From the IMG/VR virus record IMGVR_UViG_3300033415_000003, positions 1 to 54,708 of that record: a stretch of 54,708 bases of DNA, one strand, 5' to 3'. The notes beneath the pieces were generated by a model. The model was not told the DNA's origin and made no database searches. It saw only the letters and a list, made by a program, of their open reading frames with translations. Made by a program: the position numbers and the translations under genes. The stretch's first letter is position 1; every line of letters begins with the position of its first letter. Origin of the DNA: a virus (lineage: Duplodnaviria; Caudoviricetes). This document shows, in pieces, positions 1 to 6,425 of this stretch.

Positions 1-54
1 AATAAAATTTGTATTTCTATGCTTACGGTCTATGAAATACTAACAGTCCCACAG

Positions 55-122
55 TGCCGCCGGAGATATTCGAAATCTCAAGCTAAGGTTTTACAGACCT
101 GGCTTCTCCCTGGATCGTCGGC
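55..122 (-). tRNA. atypical tRNA-Tyr(GTA), short D region and no long variable arm
   Basis: Acceptor GCCGACG/CGGCGGC (1 mismatch), anticodon loop CT-GTA-AA, T arm GAGAT-TTCGAAT-ATCTC; only 68 nt. Confidence 0.7.
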
Positions 123-123
123 A

Positions 124-288
124 TTATTCTTCATTCTTTCCATACCCTTTTACATGATGGCATGGTTTTTTCCACTTGTATGAATCTAAAATTTCTTCTT
201 TAAGCTTGTTAGCTTTAATTATGTCTCCAACAGATTTTAAAGCTTTATGCTCTATCCACCTTTCGTCATCACTAATGTTAGATTTCAT
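124..288 (-). CDS. small hypothetical protein (54 aa, MKSNISDDERWIEHKALK...)
   Basis: ATG-to-TAA ORF read by eye, below the ORF-track cutoff. Confidence 0.5.
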   Translation of the reverse strand: MKSNISDDERWIEHKALKSVGDIIKANKLKEEILDSYKWKKPCHHVKGYGKNEE

Positions 289-360
289 TTAATTTCATTT
301 TTCTTCTTAATTTCCATCCGTCTGGAATTAAATCTACAACGATAAATTTTCTTACCACAG

Positions 361-436
361 TCTAGCTGGTGAGATTCGAACTCACAATAACCTGCAGTCC
401 AAGTGCAGTAACTACGCCTAATTAGATCGCAACTAG
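361..436 (-). tRNA. tRNA-Pro(TGG)
   Basis: Cloverleaf: CTAGTTG/CAGCTAG, CTGCA-CTTGGAC-TGCAG, GTGAG-TTCGAAT-CTCAC. Confidence 0.9.
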
Positions 437-447
437 TTATTAATCTA

Positions 448-725
448 TAATTTTTGGTGTGTTACTACACCAAATGCTCTGACGACTAAGTTTAACTGTT
501 TGGCCAAACTATGTATCAATCCAACATTATTTCAAAGATGATTGCAACTATCTTTAATTTTCAAAGACCATATTACCACGTAACTTACCCATATCGGATC
601 TTCTGTTTCCAGCCTGTTAATTCAGGGGCCGTATTTCTGTACCAATCGGTGTTGCAAACCATTGGCCTATCGAACTCGCAACTCTTTAAATGATGGCTAC
701 CCCCAAGCCCACATTCCAAAAATTA
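448..725 (-). ncRNA. structured ncRNA mimicking the 23S rRNA uL11-binding domain (H43-H44), with a ~210-nt insertion
   Basis: 5' part GGAATGTGGGCTTGGGGGTAGCCATCATTTAAAGAGT and 3' part GTGTAGTAACACACCA align with E. coli 23S 1054-1090 and 1091-1106 with compensatory changes; closed by a 10-bp terminal stem TAATTTTTGG/CCAAAAATTA. Confidence 0.85.
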
Positions 726-732
726 ATGATTG

Positions 733-808
733 TCCACGTAGCCGAATTCGAATCGACGTGCTCCATATCCCAAATATGGCGAGATAGACCTGACTCCTCT
801 ATACGTGG
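733..808 (-). tRNA. tRNA-Pro(TGG)
   Basis: CCACGTA/TACGTGG, CCATA-TTTGGGA-TATGG, GTCGA-TTCGAAT-TCGGC. Confidence 0.9.
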
Positions 809-874
809 TTAAATAAATTAAATTTCTACGCTTCTTTACTAACAGTATTTTGAAATACTAACAATCTCACATCT

Positions 875-1450
875 TTAATTAGACGGATGATAATATTGAA
901 TCCAATCTGAAAATGTATTATCCATGCTTAATTGATATAATTCTTCTTTTTTAATTTTATGTGTGTGCACTAATCTATGACAATTAGGGCATAATATAAC
1001 TAAATTAGACAAATTATTGCAATTTTCAATTTTCTTACCATTAATATGATGTATGTCAAGAGTTGATTCGTTCCAACCACATCTTTCACATTTTCTTTTA
1101 GCTCTGTACAAAATTTTAACTACAGTTGTTTTTGCAAGATCTAAAATTGTGTTAATCTCTTCTTTTGATTTTGCATGAACTACAATCCTTTTGCAATTAT
1201 TACAGTGTATTTTTTTACCACTTCTAATTTTTATACTTTCAAATTCACATTCACATTTTTCACAAACATAATTATATTTAATTATAATTCGGTCTACTTT
1301 AGTTTTTCTTTTTAATGTTTCACTTACTAATGAATTTATTAAAGAACGTTTTCCCTTTGTGCTAAACCCTCTAGAACATTTTGTTGAACAAAATCTACCA
1401 CTTCCATAAGAACCATTATGTTCTTTTCCACAATTTTCACAAATATACAT
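875..1450 (-). CDS. HNH homing endonuclease with N-terminal zinc-ribbon motifs
   Basis: CERCG...LDIHHINGK...NNLSNLVILCPNCHRLVH; N-terminal CENC...FCSTKC; free-standing within the tRNA cluster. Confidence 0.88.
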   Translation of the reverse strand: MYICENCGKEHNGSYGSGRFCSTKCSRGFSTKGKRSLINSLVSETLKRKTKVDRIIIKYNYVCEKCECEFESIKIRSGKKIHCNNCKRIVVHAKSKEEINTILDLAKTTVVKILYRAKRKCERCGWNESTLDIHHINGKKIENCNNLSNLVILCPNCHRLVHTHKIKKEELYQLSMDNTFSDWIQYYHPSN

Positions 1451-1452
1451 GG

Positions 1453-1466
1453 TTTATTTTATATAT
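1453..1466 (-). promoter_or_regulatory. putative phage late-promoter motif ATATATAAAATAAA (copy 1)
   Basis: Identical 14-mer also at 2913-2926 and 45613-45626, each just 5' of a start codon. Confidence 0.5.
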
Positions 1467-1510
1467 TTATGCTAACTATGAAAATATTTACAGTTATCGT
1501 AGTTCAAATG

Positions 1511-1593
1511 TGAGAGTAGAAGGACTCGAACCTTCGAAGTCGTTAAGACGATTGAGTTACAGTCAATTACAATTGCCGCTATGTGATACTCCC
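1511..1593 (-). tRNA. tRNA-Tyr(GTA), type II
   Basis: GGGAGTA/TACTCTC, ATTGA-CTGTAAC-TCAAT, long variable arm, GAAGG-TTCGAGT-CCTTC. Confidence 0.93.
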
Positions 1594-1723
1594 ATTATTC
1601 CCGGATTTACTTTTATCACTCCGGGTATGATAAGATAGTTTTACGTCGCGATTCGCTTCTATCGAGCTCAGTTTCGTTTGCTTGTACAATATGTAACAAG
1701 TAGAGGATTCACTGGCACCATTC

Positions 1724-1798
1724 GTGAAGGGAGAATTAACGAAATTCTGTCTTCCGGACTCCAACGCCCGGTACTCTGTCAACTGAGTTACTCCTTCA
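1724..1798 (-). tRNA. atypical tRNA (Pro/Gln-like) with an 8-nt anticodon loop
   Basis: D arm ACTC-AGTTGACA-GAGT, anticodon arm CCGGG-CGTTGGAG-TCCGG, T arm AGAAT-TTCGTTA-ATTCT, imperfect acceptor. Confidence 0.6.
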
Positions 1799-1931
1799 TG
1801 TAAGATTAAAGATTATTGATTTAGCTCGCATAGTTCTTAACTAACCATACAATAGACCGCATCATTACATTTTCCATTGTTAAGGGAATTCTATGTTTTG
1901 GTATCAACTACTGATAGAATCTTTAATTTTG

Positions 1932-2008
1932 TGGAGACGGGCAGGGTCGAACTGCCGCTAACTACCTGGATTTTCAGTCCAGAGCTCTTCCAACTGAGCT
2001 ACATCTCC
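1932..2008 (-). tRNA. tRNA-Phe(GAA)
   Basis: GGAGATG/CGTCTCC, GCTC-AGTTGGAA-GAGC, CTGGA-CTGAAAA-TCCAG, GGCAG-TTCGACC-CTGCC. Confidence 0.93.
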
Positions 2009-2016
2009 GAATTAAT

Positions 2017-2146
2017 AAGTAAGGTAATTTTCTATAGAGGAATTTTGATATTTTGCGGTTTCGACACCGCACCTTTAAAATGAAAATTTAATGTTCAATC
2101 TTTGAACTAAAAATACGAAGTAACTCTATTAGTTTAACACTCACTT
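2017..2146 (-). ncRNA. stem-loop RNA copy 1 (GTTWCWTCG family) enclosing a tRNA-Glu(TTC)-like cloverleaf; Y-RNA-like architecture
   Basis: Outer stem AAGTGAG/CTTACTT, inner stem ATAGAG/CTCTAT, motif GTTACTTCG, embedded cloverleaf at 2048-2116. Confidence 0.6.
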
Positions 2147-2161
2147 TGCTTTTCAATAATT

Positions 2162-2330
2162 TCAAATAACTTTTATAAAGGGAATAGAGCGTTACTAATT
2201 TTTTATCTTTACCATTTTCGCCTGATAAAGCCCTTTATTTTAGTGGGGAAGGCAGGAATCGAACCTACACAATAAATTTTTCAATTTTATTTTTACCGAT
2301 GAAACTCTTTATTTTAATACAATTACTTGA
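2162..2330 (-). ncRNA. stem-loop RNA copy 2 (GTTWCWTCG family)
   Basis: Outer stem TCAAGTAAT/GTTATTTGA, inner AGAG/CTCT, motif GTTTCATCG, encloses a canonical T arm. Confidence 0.5.
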
Positions 2331-2364
2331 GAATTCCATTAAGAGCATTTTTTTATGCTTCCCC
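2244..2364 (-). tRNA. interrupted or degenerate tRNA-like gene (Phe GAA-like loop), 121 nt
   Basis: Perfect acceptor GGGGAAG/CTTCCCC-A and T arm GTAGG-TTCGATT-CCTGC; D region expanded by ~45 nt. Confidence 0.45.
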
Positions 2365-2388
2365 ATATTTAAAAGAACGTATTCTTTG

Positions 2389-2460
2389 TTAACCTGGCCA
2401 GAATCGAACTGACACTCCTTGCGTCAAAAGCAAGTATCCTAACCATTAGATAACAGGTCA
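2389..2460 (-). tRNA. tRNA-Gln(TTG)
   Basis: TGACCTG/CAGGTTA, CTTGC-TTTTGAC-GCAAG, GTCAG-TTCGATT-CTGGC. Confidence 0.9.
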
Positions 2461-2499
2461 GATTATTTAATATCCAAGTTATTGTTCATATTAGATTTT

Positions 2500-2576
2500 A
2501 ATATATAAGAATTTTAGTCTTTGTGTATTTTTGAAAACCATATTTCGATGTAACAAAAACTTTTACTATACATATT
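2500..2576 (-). ncRNA. stem-loop RNA copy 3 (GTTWCWTCG family), minimal form
   Basis: Outer AATATGTA/TATATATT, inner AGTTTTTG/CAAAGACT, motif GTTACATCG, 3' AAAATT internal loop as in copy 1. Confidence 0.55.
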
Positions 2577-2580
2577 TTAG

Positions 2581-2655
2581 AGCTGCATGGAAGATTCGAA
2601 CTTCCGGCTTTAGTCATTTGCAGTGACTTCCCTTTGACCACTCGAGCAATGCAGC
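2581..2655 (-). tRNA. tRNA-Cys(GCA)
   Basis: GCTGCAT/ATGCAGC-T, AGTCA-CTGCAAA-TGACT, GGAAG-TTCGAAT-CTTCC. Confidence 0.93.
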
Positions 2656-2688
2656 ATTTATTTTTTATTATGTATTAATTTTATAATG

Positions 2689-2696
2689 CAAATATA
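2689..2696 (-). promoter_or_regulatory. Bacteroidetes-type sigma-A -7 element (TATATTTG) upstream of the tRNA cluster
   Basis: Matches TAnnTTTG; the same element is in intergenic gaps at 4963, 11825, 17121, 28022, 41212, 46158, 47271 and 49701. Confidence 0.7.
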
Positions 2697-2745
2697 ATAC
2701 ATTTTTTTATACTTTTTATAAAAGTAACGTTAATTTTTTATTAAT

Positions 2746-2778
2746 AAAAAACCTCTTAAGGAATATCCAGAAGAGGTT
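2746..2778 (-). terminator. intrinsic terminator of the putative attenuator
   Basis: AACCTCTT-CT-GGA-TAT-TCC-TT-AAGAGGTT running into a U6 tract. Confidence 0.8.
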
Positions 2779-2803
2779 GTATAATAGTTGTTGACTATAA
2801 TAG

Positions 2804-2899
2804 TTATTTTCTCCTGAATTTACACAAATAAAAACATAACTCTTGATAAAAGAGAGGTTGTTGTAATTGTTCGGGTTGATATGAAAAAGAATTTATCAC
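2804..2899 (-). CDS. putative attenuator leader peptide MINSFSYQPEQLQQPLFYQELCFYLCKFRRK (31 aa)
   Basis: GTG start, TAA stop ~25 nt before the terminator; 16 of 31 residues are Q/P/F/Y/C, the amino acids of the downstream tRNAs. Confidence 0.72.
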   Translation of the reverse strand: MINSFSYQPEQLQQPLFYQELCFYLCKFRRK

Positions 2900-2912
2900 T
2901 TAATGTATTTAT

Positions 2913-2926
2913 TTTATTTTATATAT
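2913..2926 (-). promoter_or_regulatory. putative late-promoter motif ATATATAAAATAAA (copy 2), upstream of the leader peptide
   Basis: Identical to the motif before both homing endonuclease genes. Confidence 0.5.
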
Positions 2927-2993
2927 CTCTTATATGTTTTATGTTTTATAAGGTTTTCGTAAATATTAACTATTTTAAAACTTTTATTCAACT

Positions 2994-3314
2994 TTATTTT
3001 AATATAAGATGAGAGAATTTTTTATTGATCACCTCAATCAATGGATTATCTATTGGAATTATGCACCAAACAATTTCAGCTTCTTGACACATATACCATT
3101 TTATATCTTTAAACCGAGGGGATTTATAATATGATCGTTCTCTTCCTTCACACATTGATATCTTATAACAATCATCTTTTTTCTCTATAGCAGCTGGATA
3201 ATTGCAGAAAAAAGAGCTTATGCCAATTAAACTTAAATGGTTGAACTTTTCAGCTGACATTTGAATTTCTTTTGGAGCATGCAATAATATTGGGCAATCT
3301 AAACCAATTTTCAT
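2994..3314 (-). CDS. hypothetical protein
   Basis: ORF; MKIGLD start preferred to avoid overlap. Confidence 0.6.
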   Translation of the reverse strand: MKIGLDCPILLHAPKEIQMSAEKFNHLSLIGISSFFCNYPAAIEKKDDCYKISMCEGRERSYYKSPRFKDIKWYMCQEAEIVWCIIPIDNPLIEVINKKFSHLILK

Positions 3315-3318
3315 AATA

Positions 3319-3585
3319 TTATAACATTTTATCAATTGTAACACAATAATAACCATATCCGTTTAAATAGGTATCTAATCTATTTACCACTACGCCATAA
3401 TCTTCACCTAAAATAGCCTTAATCGAATCTTCAACTTCTTTATCCGTTCTATCAATTCTATCATCTATTTGGTAGTAGAATTCAGAGTAAAAATAATCTT
3501 CTTCTGAACATGAATTATCTACTCTAAAATGGCCTATTAATGCTATATCAGACTGTTTAATTGCCTCAATAATTTTTTCTATCAT
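3319..3585 (-). CDS. hypothetical protein
   Basis: ORF in tight operon. Confidence 0.65.
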   Translation of the reverse strand: MIEKIIEAIKQSDIALIGHFRVDNSCSEEDYFYSEFYYQIDDRIDRTDKEVEDSIKAILGEDYGVVVNRLDTYLNGYGYYCVTIDKML

Positions 3586-3592
3586 TATATTG

Positions 3593-4089
3593 TTATTCAG
3601 CTAAGTTATTAATTTCTTCTAAGATATTTTCATTTGCCATAAAATCAATACTAGATACGTCATCACCAAATAAAGCGTGCAATGCACCTAAATCATACGC
3701 AATATTTTCCTTATTATTTTTAGATATAATAGATGTTGTGCCATTTAGTTCGTCATTAAATCCTTTCATATACCATTCCAACAAATTATTTGTTTTCTTC
3801 GGCAATTCATCAATTAATTTTTGTATCGCTGATATTTGATTAATATAGTTTGCTCTTAATAATTCGGGATCATTAGCTTCATTCCAATAAGGAACTAATT
3901 CACTATCAGCTGCATTGCAATCAATATTATTAACGACAATTTTATTTCCACAATTTCTGCACTTAGCACCACCTAAATTAAATGAAGAGTATCCGCAGTT
4001 ATAAAAATTTATATCTTCACTTCCACATTTAATGCATGTACATACTCTACAAAATCTTCTACTAATTTTTCAACTTTTAATTTTCCCAT
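3593..4089 (-). pseudogene. frameshifted zinc-ribbon (Lar-like CxxC...CxxC...WN) protein gene
   Basis: ATG at 4089 (MGKLKVEKLVEDFVEYV) stops at 4009; the -1 frame continues CIKCGSED...KCRNCG...PYWN and is open to 3593. Confidence 0.55.
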
Positions 4090-4090
4090 T

Positions 4091-4282
4091 TTATTTCATT
4101 GAATCTGATACATCTTCGTCTGCAACTTTCATTAATAACTCAGCCAACTCATATAATCCTTCTGGTCCATACATACTAAGAAGACCATCTATATTAAGTG
4201 GTTCATTACAATCAGGACACTTGAATCCGTCAATTGTCTTGTCATAATTAGAATTGGTCATAATTTGATTATCATACTTCAT
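4091..4282 (-). CDS. small protein with CxxC motif
   Basis: FKCPDCNEP; overlapping start/stop. Confidence 0.6.
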   Translation of the reverse strand: MKYDNQIMTNSNYDKTIDGFKCPDCNEPLNIDGLLSMYGPEGLYELAELLMKVADEDVSDSMK

Positions 4283-4563
4283 CCTTTTATAAATTTTTCG
4301 TAAAAATCATCAGAATTATCAAATGATAAAATATCAATATTATTTTGTAATAATGTATTAATCCACATTTGGTCAAGACCATCTAATTTTCTATTGGTCA
4401 ATGTTCCATTCTTATGTGATAGCATAAGTTCTTTCACGAAATCCCAATTATTATAGATCTCCATAATAAATAAATTATACTGCATTTCTTCTGACATATG
4501 ATTCGTTATATTTCTTTTTAATGGTTTATAGCCAAAATCTTTAAAGAACTCATGATCAGACAT
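4279..4563 (-). CDS. hypothetical protein
   Basis: ORF, coupled start/stop. Confidence 0.65.
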   Translation of the reverse strand: MSDHEFFKDFGYKPLKRNITNHMSEEMQYNLFIMEIYNNWDFVKELMLSHKNGTLTNRKLDGLDQMWINTLLQNNIDILSFDNSDDFYEKFIKG

Positions 4564-4943
4564 TAATTCTTAATAAATGTCTGATCACCTTCAGTAATAC
4601 CTACTTTTTCAATAAGATTGTTAATAATATTAGTAAGATGACTTATTTCATCATCTTTTACTTTTAATAATCTTTCATATACAATTTTATCATTTTTTGC
4701 AGTTTCTGTTCTAGCAGAAATTAATGAGTCTAATTTTGCAAGTTCGGTATATTTATTTTGTAATCCAGAATGATATTCATGTTCATGATTTGCGGTTTCA
4801 GTTGCGCATTGTATTTTGAGATCATGCATTTTATCTTGTATGGTTTTTTCATACTTTAATAAATCAGCATCCATTTCTTGTTTTTTTAATCTATAATCTA
4901 ATTCTAGATCTCTTAATTTATGTCGATAATTTCGTAATAACAT
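4563..4943 (-). CDS. coiled-coil hypothetical protein
   Basis: ORF downstream of the TATATTTG promoter at 4963. Confidence 0.65.
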   Translation of the reverse strand: MLLRNYRHKLRDLELDYRLKKQEMDADLLKYEKTIQDKMHDLKIQCATETANHEHEYHSGLQNKYTELAKLDSLISARTETAKNDKIVYERLLKVKDDEISHLTNIINNLIEKVGITEGDQTFIKN

Positions 4944-5020
4944 ATTTTATATTTTTTATATGCAAATATAATAATAAAATTCACATAATTTATAAATTTT
5001 AATAAAAAGTTTTTAGCTAT

Positions 5021-5365
5021 TTAATCTAATTGAAATAATTTAGATCGTAACACGAATTCTTCTAACCAAAGAATATAATTTTTTGTAAACCAATCCATGT
5101 TATTATCAGTTCGTTTAACTGCAATTTTCTCCCCTGTATCTTTTATGAATTCACTTCTAAGATATCTTCCTTTATTTCCATCATAAAAAATATGTTCTAA
5201 CCATTCTCCATAATAGCTTTTAACATCATCACCTCTTAAATGTCCTGACTTATCAGTGTCTTTACTGAAGCATGGATACATTCCTGTCGCAAATTTAAAT
5301 TTTGTTCTCAAATACATGTAATTCATAATATTATTTTTTAGATGTTTGACAATTATACCATTCAA
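5021..5365 (-). CDS. hypothetical protein (real start probably MNYMYL)
   Basis: ORF. Confidence 0.6.
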   Translation of the reverse strand: MNGIIVKHLKNNIMNYMYLRTKFKFATGMYPCFSKDTDKSGHLRGDDVKSYYGEWLEHIFYDGNKGRYLRSEFIKDTGEKIAVKRTDNNMDWFTKNYILWLEEFVLRSKLFQLD

Positions 5366-5771
5366 TAAACTTTATACAAGCATTATATACGCACTCTATC
5401 TTATAGTCAGATTCTATAGCAGGAATTATAGTATGCATATCATTTAATTCTGCATTTGTGATTACACTAATAGCACACCAATGAAGTTTTTCATTAGCAT
5501 GATATGCTGCTATTTCAGTGCAAAATCCTAATTTTTCTATTTTATCAAGTACTGACATTAACCAGCTCCATGATGTATGATATTTTAAATCTTTATAACC
5601 ATCAAATGACCAATAAACATTCTTTTTTAAATTCTTTCTTGCACTTATCCAAGAAGTTCTATTTTCAAATGTCCAATGAGCATACTCCTTGCCCATAAAA
5701 TCAAAGATAAGTTTGTTATTGATAATAATGTCTTCTTTATTCATAATTGTTTTTATTAATACTGCAATCAT
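5331..5771 (-). CDS. phage hypothetical protein (LKYHTSWxWLMxVxxKIE motif)
   Basis: Motif typical of Bacteroidetes phage proteins. Confidence 0.65.
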   Translation of the reverse strand: MIAVLIKTIMNKEDIIINNKLIFDFMGKEYAHWTFENRTSWISARKNLKKNVYWSFDGYKDLKYHTSWSWLMSVLDKIEKLGFCTEIAAYHANEKLHWCAISVITNAELNDMHTIIPAIESDYKIECVYNACIKFIEWYNCQTSKK

Positions 5772-5807
5772 TTAACAAACACAATACATTTGTTTCAAGT
5801 AATGTCA

Positions 5808-6425
5808 TTATATGGCTAATGATTTATGGTCTATAATATCTCCTATTGCAGTAGATGCAATATCTGCTGCAATAATAATTTTAACTAATGGATTTTCAAA
5901 AGCTGCTTGATATGAATATTGTGGTAATCCTGGAATCTGTGTACCAGGTTCACTCGCGCCCATATGCCAACGCACCGCAAGTGCTTCTGGTTGAGTAAGT
6001 TCTACATATTTGTTAATATAATACAAACTTTTTTCTCCATGACCCATAGGAAAAGAATCATTAAATTTCCATCCCATATAAGATAACCACTTATTGTTAT
6101 CATCTTTTGCCCAACATTTATCTAAAGTGTATTGATTTACTTTACAAACATCATGAAATAAAGCAGCAATAATAACAGATTCTTTTAAATATTCTAATTC
6201 AGGTTTATACTTTATTGTCCAATTAAATAAAGTGAGAGCATATTCTGCAACATGACAACTATGTTCAACTAAACCTCCTTCATAATTGCCATGAAATTTT
6301 GTACTAGCTGGGGCGCTAAAAAAATCGGTAGTTTCTAACCAAGCGACAAGTTTATCTATTCCTGGTCTATTAATATGGGATACAAATTTGTCAAATTTAA
6401 TTCTTAATTCAGATAATGAATTCAT
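5808..6425 (-). CDS. HD-domain phosphohydrolase (YhaM-like HD core)
   Basis: APAS..FH...GGLVEHS, ALFHDVCK, GHGEKS, WHMG, AD. Confidence 0.85.
   Translation of the reverse strand: MNSLSELRIKFDKFVSHINRPGIDKLVAWLETTDFFSAPASTKFHGNYEGGLVEHSCHVAEYALTLFNWTIKYKPELEYLKESVIIAALFHDVCKVNQYTLDKCWAKDDNNKWLSYMGWKFNDSFPMGHGEKSLYYINKYVELTQPEALAVRWHMGASEPGTQIPGLPQYSYQAAFENPLVKIIIAADIASTAIGDIIDHKSLAI

Noticed and set aside
448-725. rRNA gene or host rRNA contamination
   Set aside because: Only ~55 nt resemble 23S, split by a non-rRNA insert and embedded between phage tRNAs.
511-2083. ORF-track entries 511-693, 1381-1638, 1579-1782 and 1877-2083
   Set aside because: They overlap tRNAs or structured RNAs and have no protein motifs.
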